Shown in pieces: positions 43,911 to 57,200 of a stretch of DNA of 64,000 nt. Both the position numbers and the translations under genes were made by a program. The stretch covers positions 91,948,001 to 92,012,000 of the forward strand of contig NC_058368.1 of assembly GCF_018350175.1 (NCBI RefSeq), in the 5' to 3' direction. A model generated the notes under the pieces. That model had not been told where the DNA came from, made no database searches, and saw only the letters and a list, made by a program, of their open reading frames with translations. Source of the stretch: Felis catus (taxonomy: Eukaryota). Every line of letters begins with the position of its first letter. Within the stretch, counting starts at the first letter, position 1.

Positions 43911-44850
43911 GTTTTAAGTTTTTATTTAAATTCTAGTTAGTTAACATACAGTATAATGCTAGTTTCAAGGGTACAATATAGTGATTCAGTGCTTCCATAC
44001 AACACCCAATGTGACACCCATCATGACAAGTGTGCTCCTTAATCCCCATCACCTATTTCCCCCACCCCCCACCCACCTCCCCTCTGATAACCTTCAGTTT
44101 GTTCTCTTTAGTTAAGAGTCTGTTTCTTGGTTTGTTTCTCTCTCTCCTTTTTTTCCCCCTTTGCTTGTCTGTTTTGTTTCTTAAAGTCCACATAGGAGTG
44201 AAGTCATAGTCATATGGTATTTGTCTTTCTCTGTGACTTATTTCACTTAGCATTGTATTTTCTAGCTCCATCCATGTTGTTGCAAATGGTGAGATTTCAT
44301 TCCTTTTTATGGCTGAATAACATTCCATTGTTTATATATACCACATCTTCCTTATCCGTTCATCAGTCGATAGACACTTGGGCTGCTTCTATATCTTGGC
44401 TATTGTAGATAATGCTGCTATAAACATAGGGTACATGTAACCCTTTGAATTAGTGTTCTTAATATTCTTTGGGTAAATACTCAGTAGTGCCATCGCTGGA
44501 TCATAAGGCAGTTCTCTTTTTAACTTTTTGAGCAAACTCCATACTGTGGCTGCACCAGTTTGCATTCCCAACAGTGCACAAGGGTGCCTTTTTCTCAACA
44601 TCCTCACCAACACCTGTTGTTTCTTGTGTTGTTGACTTTAGCGTTCTGACAGGTGTGAGGTGATGTCTGATTGTAGTTTTGATTTGCATTTCCCTGGTGT
44701 TAAGTGACAGTAAACATCTGTTCATGTGTCTGTTGGCCATCTGGATGTCTTCTTTGGAGAAATTTCCGTTAGTGTCTTCTGCCCATTTTTTAATTGCATT
44801 ATTTGTTTTTTGAGTGTTGAGTTATATTAGTTCTTTATAGATTTTGGATA
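43911..44850 (-). mobile_element. Carnivore L1 3' end (relatively young)
   Basis: ORF2 C-terminus and 3' UTR remnants (ECYSAIKRNEISPFATTWMELE). Confidence 0.85.
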
Positions 44851-46419
44851 TCTTCGTATGTTTATTGGCCATGTGTTTCCTTTTCTGCAAAATGCCTGTT
44901 TTTTCTTTTGCCCGTTTTTTGAGTTACTAGAGCTTTTCTTACTTATTTGCAGGAGTTTTGTGTGCCTGTGTATATGCATTTGTGTATGTGTATATATGCA
45001 TTTGTGTGTGTGTACACACACGGGCACACACACACGTATTCTTGATACTGGTCTTTTGTCAATTGTGTAGGTTGTGAATATGTTCATCCCATTTATAACT
45101 TGCCTTTTACTTCTTTTACATATTTTTTGTTGAACCACAGTTTTTAATTTTAGCATGGACTACATCAGTCTTTCCTTTAATAATTCTTTTTGTGTCTCAT
45201 TTCAGAGATCTCTCCCTACCGCTAAAGTCTACAAGGTATTCATCTACAGTTTCTGTTAGGTATCTTAACATTTTGTTTTGACATATAAGCCCTTAGTCCA
45301 CCTGGAGGTGATTTTTGTACATGGTGTGAAACAGGAATCACATTTCATCTCTGTGAATGTGAATAACATGTTTTTAGCTTCCTTTGTTCCCCCGCTGATC
45401 GGACATGCTACCTGCATTACGTAACCAGAGTTCATATGCACACAGGTGTGTTTCCAGGTTCTTCTTTCTGTTCTTTTAGTCAGTTTGTCTATCTGTTGCT
45501 CTACCACATTGCCTTATTACTAGAACTTCTTAATGAGCTGTATGTCTGGTAGAAAAGTTCTCCTCTGACCTGTTTTTTCCTTCTTCAGAAGTGTTCTGGC
45601 CATCCTGGCCCTTTACTATTTCACTGATGTTTTATTTTAAAGTTATCTTTAAACAGGAAAAACCCTGTTGGAATTTTGATAGGGAAATCACTTGAATCTG
45701 TAGATGAATTTGAAACAAAAATTGATGTATATTATTGAATCTTGCTACCCATGAACATGGCATACCTCTCCATGTTTTACAAATTCCCCCACAGAGATCT
45801 TACACATTATTAAATTTATTCCTAGATATTTGAAACTTTCTATCATAAAAGATGACCTCTCTTTATCTGTATACTCTTTGCTGCTGCTGTATAAAATATG
45901 GACTTTTGTATATTAATTTTTTTACCCATTCTCTTGCTAAACTGTTCTATCACTTCTAGTAATTTATAGGCAGACCTTTTCTTCTTTGTTCCTATGTAAA
46001 AAATCATATCCTCTCAAAAAAATGGCAGTTGTTTGATTATACTGGGTAAGACTTCCAATACATAGTTGACAACCAATGGTGACAGTGGGCATACTTGTCC
46101 GGTTTATAGGAATATTTATAATACTTGTCCATCAAGGATGATATTTGGTATAGATTTTCCTTTCATCTCTTTTTTAATGTTTTTGGGTTTTTTGGGTTTT
46201 TTTTTTTTTTTTTGAGAGAGAGAGAGAAAAGTGCAAGGAGGGGAGGGGCAGAGAGAGGGAACACAGAATCTGAAGCAGGCTCCGGGCTCCAAGCTGTCAT
46301 AATAGAGCCCGATGAGGGGCCCAAACCCACGAACCCTGAGATCATGACCTGAGCCAAAGTCAGACGCTTAACTGACTAAGCCACCTAGGTGCCCCTAACA
46401 AAAATTAATTTAACACTAA

Positions 46420-46793
46420 TTTTCTTAACATTAATTATTCAGATTTCCAGGTTTTAATTTCTATCCAGTAAATATTAATAGATATAACCCATATAACAGA
46501 AGCTCTTTGGGTTCCTCAATAATTTTTGAGAATGTAAAGGGATTCTAAGTTCTACAATGTGAGGGCTGAGGCACCTGGGTGGTTCAGTTGGTTAAGCCTC
46601 TGACTCTTGATTTCTGCTCAAGTCATGATCTTACAGTTGTGAGATTGAACCCCACGTTGGGCTCCATGCTGAGCATGAAGGCTGCTGGGGTTCTCTTTCT
46701 CCTTCTCTCTCCCTCCCCTGCTCACGTGCACTTACATGCTCACTCTCTCAGAAAAATTAATTAATTAATTAAATTTAAAGTGAGGACCACTGC
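46420..46793. mobile_element. hAT-Charlie-type DNA transposon end interrupted by a SINEC (46568-46775)
   Basis: gatataacccat...agctctttgggttcctcaataatttttgag...gaggaccactg terminal motif. Confidence 0.55.
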
Positions 46794-49579
46794 AATATTC
46801 AGCTCTAGGTTTTTCAAAAATACAGCAGAGTATTGTTAACTATGGTAACCATTCTGTACATTATGCCCCCAGAACTTATTTATTTTGTAATTGGAAGTTT
46901 GTAACTTTAGACCAACTTCACTAATTTTGCCCAACCCCCACCCTCTCACCTCTGGCAGCTACCAATATGTTCTCTGTATCTAAGTGTTCCATCTTGGGTT
47001 TGTTTTTTGCTTTTAGTTTTGATTCCACAAGTAAGTGAGATATATTATTTGTCTTTCTCTGTCTGACTTATGTCACTTAGCATAATGTCCTCAAGGTACA
47101 GGGTATGTTGTCACAAATGGCAAGATTTCCTTCTTTTTTTTATGGTGGGATAATATTCCATTGTGAATATATACCACATTTTCTGTATCCATTCAACCAT
47201 GAATGGACATTTAGATTGCTTCTCTGTCTTAGCTATTGAAAATTGTGCTGCAAGAAACATGGTGGGGTGCAGATATCTCTGAGATGGTGTTTATGTTTCC
47301 CTTGGATAAATACCCAGAAGTGGAATTGCTGGATCATATGGTAGTTCTTCTTTTTCTTTTTTTTTTTTTTTTAATATTTATTCATTTGGGGGAGAGTGCA
47401 AGCAGGGGAGGGGCAGAGAGAGGGGGACAGAGGACCCGAAATGGGCTCTGCACTGACAGGCTGACAGCAGCAAGCCTGATGTGGGGCTCTAACTCATGAA
47501 CCACGAGATCGCCACCTGAGCGGAAGTCAGAGGCTCAACTGACTCAGACACCCAGGTGCCCCTGATCATTCTAGTTTTAATTTTTGAGGAACTTCTGTTC
47601 GGTTTTCCATAGTGGCTCCCCCTATTTGCATTCCCACCAACAGTACACAAAGGTCCCCTTTTCTCCACATCCTCACCAACGTTTGCTATTTCTTATCTTC
47701 TTGGTAATAGCCATTCTCCCAGGTACGAGGTAATACCACAGTTTTGATTTACATTCCCCTGATGACTGGTGATGTTGGGCACCTCTTTGTGTACCTGTTG
47801 GCCATCTGTGTGTCCTCTTGGGAAAATGTCTGTTCAGATCTTTTAATGCCCATTTTTTAATCATATTGTTTGTTTTTTGGCTATTGAGTTGTGTGTATTC
47901 TGTATATATTTTGACTATTAGCTCCTTATCAAATACATGATTTGCAAATATTTTCTCCCATGTGGTCAGTTGCCTTTTCATTTTGTTGATGGTTTCCTCC
48001 TCTGTGCGGATGCTTTTTAGTCTGATGTAGTCCCACTCGTTTATTTTGTTGCCTTTGCTTTTGGTGTTAAATCCACAAAATTGCCAAGACTGGTGTCAAG
48101 GAACTTATCAGGTATGTTTTCTTCTCAGAGTTTTATGGTTTCAGGTCTTATATTCAAATCTTTAATCCATTTTGAGTTAATTTTTGTGTATGGTGTAAGA
48201 CAGTAGTCAATTTTCCAGGAACTGAATCTTTATCACAAAGAGTAATCTTTTCCATTCCTAATAATGATGTTGGGTCTTAAATCACATTTTATCTGCTATG
48301 AGTCCACTTTCAGTCAGCTTTAGATGTGTTTCTTTTATTGAATATATATCTAGAATTTGGGGGTTTTTGGTGTAAACTTGTTAATATTTTACTTTAAAAG
48401 TGATTACTTAAGACAATTTAAATTTAATGTAATTATTGGTATATTTAGGCCTGTTGCTAACATCTTCATTTATAATTTCAGTTTATCATGCTTTTCTCTT
48501 TTAATAGTATCTGTATTAAAAGTATTCCATCTCAAATCATTTTCAGTGTAAGCCTTTATATTGCAGAACTTCTGCGATCTTGTGTGCCTAAGAATATTTT
48601 TTATCAGGGCCTTATATTTAAATATTTTAGCTAGGGGGTATCTGGCTGGCTCAGTTGGTGGAATATGCAACTCTTGATCTCAGGGTTGTGGGTTTGAGCC
48701 CCATGTGGGGTGTCGAGATGACTTAAATAAACAAACTTTAAATAAAAATTCAGTGGTTTTTAGTGTACTCACCAAGTTGTACCACCATCAGTACTGTCTT
48801 AATTCTGGAACATTTCCATCACCCAGAAAGCAGGCCCATACCCGTTAGCAGCCACTCCCTGTTGCCTTCCCTCTGTAAGTCCTGGCAGTCGCTGTCCTTT
48901 CTATCTCAATGGGTATGTCTGTTCTTATAAATGGATTTCATATAAATGAAATCACACATGTGGCCTTTTGTGTCTGACTTCTGTCACACAGAATAATATT
49001 TTCAAGGTTCATCCATGTTATAGCATGAATCAGTACTTCATTCTCTTTTGTGGATGAATAATAATTCCATTGTATGAATAATGCCACATTGCATTTTTCC
49101 ATTCTTCCATTAATCAACATTTCCCCTTGGCTCTTATGAATAATGCTGCAGTGAACATGTGTGTACATATGTTTGTTTGGACATATATATTCAGTTCTAC
49201 TGAGTAGGCACCTGTGAGTAGACTTGCTGGATCGTATGGCAACCCTAGGTTTAACTTTTTGAGAAATGACAGACTTTGTCCAAGCAGCTGTGCCACTTTA
49301 CATGCCCGCCCACAATGTATAGGGGTTCCAATTTCTCCATATCCTCTCGAGAATTAAGTTATTTTCTGTCTTTTATGATAGCCATCCTAGTGAGTGTGAA
49401 ATAGTACTTCATTGTAGTTTGCATTTCCCTCATGGCTAGTGATGCTGAGCATCTTTTTATATAGTTAATTGACCATTTATGTATATTCTTTAGGAAATGT
49501 CTACTCATTGTCCTTTGCCCATTTTTTTAATTGGGTTACTTATCTCTTTTTGCTGAGTTGTAAGAATCTTTAATTATTT

Positions 49580-49625
49580 TTAAGTTTTTATTTTAGAGCA
49601 TGCATAACTGGGTGAGAGGGGCAGA

Positions 49626-49683
<58 letters not shown>

Positions 49684-50290
49684 CTTAAGCAAGGTCCATG
49701 CTCAGTGCAGAGCCTGATGCAGGGCTCAATACCATGACCCTGGGATCGTGACCTGAGCTGAAATCAAGAGTTGGATCCTCAGGGTGCCTGGATGGCTCAT
49801 CAGTTAAGCATCCATCTTTGGCTTAGGTCATGATCCCGTAGTTTGTGAGTTCGAGCCCCGTGTCAGGCTCTGGGCTGACAGCTCAGAGCCTGGATCCTGC
49901 TTTGGATCCTGTGTCTCCCTCTCTCACTGCCCCCCCCCCCCCCCCCCCGCCACTCACGTTCTCTCTCTCAAACATAAATAAACATTTAAAAAAATTTTTT
50001 TAAAGTTGGATGCTCGGGGCGCCTGGGTGGCTCAGTCGGCTGAGCGACCGATTTCGGCTCAGGTTATGATCTCATGGTTTCTGAGTTCAAGCCACACATC
50101 AGGCTCTGTGCTGATAGCTAGAAGCCTGGAGCCTGCTTCAGATTCTATGTCTCCCTCTCTCTCTGCCCCTTCCCACTCATGCTCTGTCTCTCTCTCTCAG
50201 AAATAAACATTAAAAAAAAATTAAAAAATAAATAAATAAATAAAAAATAAATAAAGTTGGATGCTCAACCTACTGAGCCACCCAGCACCC
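49580..50290. mobile_element. Antisense SINEC with (GA)n, split by two sense SINECs (49781-50000, 50016-50250)
   Basis: Three copies of the target sequence agttggat(c/g)ctc. Confidence 0.9.
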
Positions 50291-50924
50291 TAAGAATTAG
50301 ATACATATCCTAGGTACTAGATCCTTATCTGATAGATAATTTGGAAATATTTTCCCCCATTTCTGACTTGTTTTTCACTTTCTTGGTAGTCTCCTCTGAA
50401 GCACAGAGTTTTTAATTTTGAGGGAGTCCAATTTATTATTTTTTTGCTTGTGAGTGCCTTCAAGTCATATCTCACAAACCACTGATGAATCAAAGGTCAT
50501 GAAGATTTACACCTTTGCTTTCTTCTAAGAATTTTATGATTTTAGCTCTTACATTTAGGTCATTGGTTTGTTTTGAGCTAATATTTTGCATATGGTATGA
50601 GGTAGGGGTAACTTGACTCTTGCATGTGGATATCTTGTTGACTCAACACCATTTGCTGAAGATTATTTTTATCCTTGGGGCACCTGGGTAGCTCAGTTGG
50701 TTGAGCATCCAGCTTCAGCTCAGGTCATGATCTCGCAATTTGGGAGTTCAAGCCCCACATCAGGCTCACTGCTGTCAACACAGAGCTCGCTTCAGATTCT
50801 CTGTCCCCTTCTCTCTGCCCCTCCCCCACTTGTTTATTTAAAATATTTAAAACATATTTTTTTAAAAAGACTATTTTTACCCCATTGAATGGTCTTGACA
50901 CCCTTGTCAAAGTTGACCAGCAAC

Positions 50925-51747
50925 AAAACCTAAAATAACTAAATAGGATTACATCTATAATCAAAAAGCTTGTATACAGAGAAGGAAACTATCAACAAAA
51001 CAAAAAGGTGGCATACTGAATGGGAAAAGGTATTTGCAAATCATACATCCAGGAAGGGGTTAATACCCAAAATATGTAAAGAACTTACACAACTTAATAA
51101 TTAAAAAAAAAAAAAAACAGTTGAAAAATGAACAGAAGCCTTGAATAAACATTTTTCCGAAAAAGACCTACAGATGGCCAACAAGCACATGAAAAGATAC
51201 TGAACACCACTCATCATCAGGGAAATGCAAATCAAAACCACAATGAGATATCTGCTCACACCTATCAGAATGGCCTTTATCAAAAAGATGAAAAATAACA
51301 GGTGTTGGTGAGGATGTGGAGAAAAGGTGTTGATGGGAATGTACATTGGTGCAGTCACTATGGAAAGCAGTACAGAGGTTTCTGGAAAAAAAAAAAAACA
51401 AAACTTAAAATAGAGCTACCATATAACCCAGCAATTCCACTTCTAGGAATTTATCTGAAGAAAATAAAAACATCAATCTGAAAAGAACTATCCACCGCTG
51501 TGTTCATCATGCGTTATTTGCAAGAACCAAGATAGGAAAGCAGCCCAAGTGTTCGTCAATTTGTGAATGGATAAAGAAGACGTGGTATATGATGTACACA
51601 GTGCGATATTACTCACCCATAGAAAAGAATGAAATCTTGCCACTTGTGACAATAAGGATGGAGCTAGAGAGTACTGGGCTAAGTGAAACAAATCAGAGAA
51701 CAACACATACCGTATGATTTCACTTTTATGTGGACTCTGAAAAAACA
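50925..51747 (+). mobile_element. Sense-strand L1 ORF2 3' fragment
   Basis: A-rich; atgggaaaaggtatttgcaaatcat...catcagggaaatgcaaatcaaaaccacaatgagata. Confidence 0.88.
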
Positions 51748-53169
51748 GTTGATACTGAGTTTTGTGAGTTTTTATATAGTTTGGGTATTAACCCCTTATG
51801 AGATCTCTTATTTGCACATCTTCTTCCATTTAGTAGGTTTCCTTTTCGTTTTGTTTATGATTTCCTTCACTGTGCAAAAGTTTTTCAGTTTGATGTAGTC
51901 CGAATGGTTTATTTTTGCTTTTGTCATCCTTGCCTGGACAGATCCAAAAAGATAAATGTCCAAGAGTTTACTGCCTGTTTTCTTCTGGGAGTTTTATGGT
52001 TTTAGGTCTTATATTTAAGTATTTAATCCATCTTGAGCTTATTTAGTGGTCCAGTTTCATTCTTTAGCATGTAGCTGTCCAGTTTTCCTAACACCTTTTA
52101 TTGAATACACTGTCTTTTCTCCATTGTATGTTCTTGCCTCCTTTGTCATAGATTAATTGGCCAAATAAGTGTGGGTTTATTTCTGGACTCTATTTTGTTC
52201 CATTTGTCTACATGTTTGGTTTTGTGCCAGTACCATGTTGTTTTAATTACTATAAATTGTATCCTTTGAAATCTGGGAGTATGATTGATACCTCCTGCTT
52301 TGTTCCTTTTTCTCAAAGTTCCTTTGGCTATTGGGAGTCTTTTTAGGATTATTTGTTCCAGTTCTGTGAAAAAAATGTCATTGGGTATTTTGATAGGGAT
52401 CACATCAAATCCATAGGCTGCTTTTGGTAGTATGGACATGGGAATAATATTAATTCTTCCAACCCATGAGCACAGTATATCTTTCCATTTATTTGTGTCA
52501 TCTTCAATTTCTTTCATCAGTGTCTTACAGTTTTCAGGGGACAGCTGTTTCATGTCCTCAGTTAAATTTATTCCTAATTATTTGTTGATGCAATTGTAAA
52601 CGGGATGGTTTCCTTAATTTCTGCAATAATTTGCTACTAGTAGATACACAAGATTTCTGTTTATTTTGCAGCCTTCAACTTTACTGAATTCCTTTATGCT
52701 AATAGTTTTGGGGTGCAAACTTGAGAGTTTATTATATTGTAGTAGGTCATCTGTGCATCATGACAGTTTTACTCCTTCTAATTTGGATGTCTTTTATTTC
52801 CTTTTCTTGCCTGATTGCTGTGGCTAGGACTGTGTTCAATAAAAGTGGCAGGAGGGGGTATCCTTGTCTTCTTGAGGAAAAGCTTTCAACGTTTCACTAT
52901 TGTGTATGATGTTGGTTGTGGGTTTGCCACGTATGCCCTTTTTTGTGTTTGAGGTATGTTATGTCTGTACCCACCTTTTGTAGAGATTTTATTATGAATG
53001 GATTTTGAATTTTGTCAAATGCTTCTTCATCTCTTGACTGACTGGATGATTTTTATCCTTTGTTTTGTTAATGTGGTGTATGTATCACATTGAATGATTT
53101 GCAGATATTGAACCATCCTTGCATCCCAGAAATAAGTCCCATGTGATCATGGTGTATGAGCTTTTTAAA

Positions 53170-53626
53170 TTTTTTTTTTCAACGTTTATTTATTTTTTTG
53201 GGGGGGACAGAGAGAGACAGAGCATGAACGGGGGAGGGGCAGAGAGAGAGGGAGACACAGAATCGGAAACAGGCTCCAGGCTCTGAGCCATCAGCCCAGA
53301 GCCTGACGCGGGGCTCAAACTCCCGGACCGCGAGATCGTGACCTGGCTGAAGTCGGACGCTTAACCGACTGCGCCACCCAGGCGCCCCTGTATGAGTTTT
53401 TTTTTTTTTTTAATTTTTTTTTTCAACGTTTATTTATTTTTGGGACAGAGAGAGACAGAGCATGAACGGGGGAGGGGCAGAGAGAGAGGGAGACACAGAA
53501 TTGGAAACAGGCTCCAGGCTCTGAGCCATCAGCCCAGAGCCTGACGCGGGGCTCGAACTCCCGGACCGCGAGATCGTGACCTGGCTGAAGTCGGACGCTT
53601 AACCGACTGCGCCACCCAGGCGCCCC
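53170..53626 (-). mobile_element. Tandem pair of near-identical young SINEC_Fc
   Basis: Copies at 53170-53388 and 53414-53626; CpG-rich; tgtatgag target present three times. Confidence 0.95.
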
Positions 53627-54238
53627 TGTATGAGCTTTTTAATGTATTAGTTGAATTTGGTTTACTAATATTTTGTTAAGCATTTTTGCATCTATGTTCA
53701 TCAGGGATATTGGCTTGTAATTTTCTTTTTTTTTTACAGTGTCTTTGGGTTAGGTATCATGGTAATGCTGGCCTCATGAGCATAAATAAGTGTTCCCTCC
53801 TTTTCAGTTTTTTGGAATAAATTGAAAAGTTTCAGAAAGATAGGTATTAACTCTTTAAATGTTTGGTAGAATTCACCTATGAAGCTGTCTGGTCCTGGAC
53901 TTTTGGTTTGGGGGAGTTTTCTTTGTTTTCATTTTTGTTTCTTTACTGATTGAAATTCATTACTAATAATCATCTGTTCAGATTTTTGTTTTATTCCTGA
54001 TTCAGTCTTGGAAGATTGTATGTTTCTAGGAATTTATTTATTTCTTCTAGGTTGTCCAATGTAATGGCATATAATTGTTCATGAAAATCTTTTATGATCC
54101 TTTATATTTCTGTGGTATTGGTTGTAACTTCTCTTTCACTTCTAATTTTATTTGGTCCTCTCTCTTTTTTCTTGACAAGTCTGACCAAAGGTTTTTCAGT
54201 TTTGTTTATTAAAGAACCAACTCTTAATTTCATTGATC

Positions 54239-54276
<38 letters not shown>

Positions 54277-57200
54277 TCGTTAGTCTTTATTTACTTCTGC
54301 TCTGATCTTTATATTCTTCCTTCTACTGACTTTTGGCTTTATTCTTTTTTTTTTTTTTAGCTCCTTTAGGTGTGAGCTCAGATTGTTTAAGATTTTTCCT
54401 GTTTCTTAGGGGCACCTGGGTATCTTAATCGGTTAAGTGTCTGACTTCGGCTTGGGTCATGATCTCACAGTCCAGGAGTTCAAGCCCCATGTTGGGCTCT
54501 GTGCTGACAGCTCAGAGCCCAGAGCCGGCTTCTGATTCTGTGTGTATCTCTCTCTGCCCCTCCCCTGCTTGCATTCTCTCTTTCTCAAAAATAAACATTA
54601 AAAAATATGTATTCAAGATTTTTCCAATTTCTTGATATGGACCTGTCACTATACTGCCCTGTTAGAACTGCTTTTGCTGTTTCCCATAGATTTTGGAGCA
54701 TTGTTTTTTCATTTTTGTCACAGGTATTTTCTTATTTCCTCTTTGATTTATTCATTAACTTATTGGTTGTTTAGTAGCATCTTGTTTAGCCTCCATGTGT
54801 TTGTATTTCTTCCATTTCCTTTATTGTAAGTGATTTCTCCTTTCACACTGTTGTGGTTGGTAAGTGTGATTTCATTCATCTTCAATTTATTAGACTTGTT
54901 TTGTGGCCTTGTGATCTGTACTGGAGAATGTTCCATGTGCACTTATTCTGGGGTGCCTGGGTGGCTCAGTCCGTTAAGTGTCCAACTTCAGCTCAGGTCA
55001 TATTCTCACAGCTGGTGAGTCTGAGACCTGTGTCGGGCTCTGTGCTGACAGCTCAGAGCCTGGAGCCTGCTTTGGGTTCTGTGTCTCCCTCTCTCTCTGC
55101 CCCTGCTTCGCTCACATTCTGTCTCTATCTCTCAAAAATAAAAATGTTAAAAAAATTTTTTTAATGATCCCTTTTATCATTATATTATGCTCTTCTTTAT
55201 CTCTTATTTCAATCTTTGTTTTAAAGTATATTTTGTCTGATATAAGTATTGCTACCTTTTTGCTTCTATTTGCATGGATTATCTTTTTTCCATCTCTTTA
55301 CTTCCAGTTTGTTAAGTCTGAAGTGAGTCTCTTGTAGGCAGCATATAGAGGAGTCCTGGGTTTGTTCGTTTGTTTAATTCATTCAGCTACCCTGTGTCTT
55401 TTGACTGGATCATTGAGTCCATTTACAGTTGTAGTGATTATTGATAGCTATGTATTTACTGCCATTTTCTTTTCTGCTGGTTTTGCAATTCTCTATTGCT
55501 TTTTCTCTTGCTTTCTTGTGCTTTGATGACCTTCCTTAGTGTTATGCTTAGATTCCTTTCTGGGGTTTTTTTTTTTTGTGCATCTATTACAGGTTTTGGG
55601 TTTGTGGTTACCATGAGATTCATATATAACAAGCTGTGTATAGCAGTCTGTTGTAAATTGGTAGTTAAATTCAAACTCATTCTAAAAACATTATATTTTG
55701 GGAGCACCTGGATAGCTCAGTCAGTCAAGCACTGTACTTTAGCTCAGGTCATGATCTCACCATCCGTGGGTTCAAGCCCTGCATCGGGCTGTGTGCTGAC
55801 AGCTCAGAGACTGGAGCCTGCTTCGGATTCTGTGTCTCCCTCTCTCTCTCTCTGCCCCTCCCCCACTCACACTGTCTCTAAGGAAAAAAAAATGTTTTTT
55901 GGTTACATTTTTACTCTACTCCCCCCCCACACACATTTTATGGTTTTGATGTCACATTTTTACCATTTTATAAGTGGTTGTTCCACTACTTTTTCTATGT
56001 TTGCCTTTACCAGTGAGGGGTTTTTTTTTCCTCATATTTCCTTATTTCTAGTTGCTGTCTTTCCTTTTCTGCTTGAAAAAGTCCCTTTAATATTTTTTGT
56101 GAAACCAGTATAATGGTGACGAACTCCTAGCTTTTGCTGACCAGGAAATTCTTTTACCTCTACTTATACTCTGAATGATAACCTTGCCAGGCAGAGTATT
56201 CTTGGTCATAAGGTTTTGTTAGTTTGTTTTTCCCTTTCAGCACTTTGAATATATCATACCACAGCCTTCTGACCAACAAAGTTTTTTTTTTTCCTTTTTT
56301 TTTTAATGTTTATTTTTGAGAGGGAGTGTTCACGCAAGCATGAGCAAGGGAGGGGCAGAGAAGGGGGGCGGACAGAGCCAAACCAGGCTCCTCTGTCCTG
56401 GACCCAAAGCAGGCTTCGTGCTGACGGCAAAGAGCCTGATGTGGGGTTCAAACTCACGAGCCATGAGATCATGACCTGAGCTGAAGCTGGATGCTTATAA
56501 TCAACTGAGCCACCCAGGAGCCTCTGACCTACAAAGTTTCTCCTGAAAATTAGCTGATAGTCTTATCAGCATTCCCTTACTACTTGCTTTTCTCTTGCTG
56601 CTTTTTTTCATGTCTTTTATTTTTTTATTATTTCTTAAAGTTTATTTATTTTGGGGGCACCTGGGTGGCTCAGTCAGTTAAGTGGCCACCTCTTGGGTCG
56701 GCTCAGGTCATGATCTCATGGTTCGTGAATTTGAGCCCTGCATCCAGCTGTGTGCTCACAGTGTGTAACCTGCCTGGGATTCTCTCTCCTCTTCTCTCTC
56801 TGACCCTCCCCTGCTCACACTCGCTCACTCGCTCTCTCTCAAAAATAAATAAAAATATTAAAAAAAAATGTTAAATGTTTATTTTTGAGAGAGAGAGAGC
56901 AGGACCAGGGGAGAGGCAGAGAGAAAGAGAGGGAGAGAGTCCCAAGCAGGCTCCACACTGTCAGCATCGAGTGCAGCACAGGGCTCGAACCCACAAACCA
57001 TGAGATCACGACCTGAGCCAAAACCAAGAGTTGGATGCTTAACTGACTGAGCCACTCAGGTGCCCCATCTCTTGCTGCTTTAAGATTCCCGTTGTCTTTA
57101 CTTTTTGACATTTTAATGATAACATGTCTTGGTGTGGGTCTCTTTGGGTTCATCTTATTTTGGACTTGTGCTTTCTGGACTTGTATGTCTTGGTTAGGCA

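Noticed and set aside
48633..48745. Short tRNA-like sequence with A and B boxes
   Set aside because: It has an A-rich tail and degenerate stems, so it is an old tRNA-derived carnivore SINE rather than a tRNA gene.
52146..52553. ORF resembling L1 ORF2, suggesting an active L1
   Set aside because: Fragmented by stops, frameshifts and SINE insertions; no intact ORF1 or ORF2.
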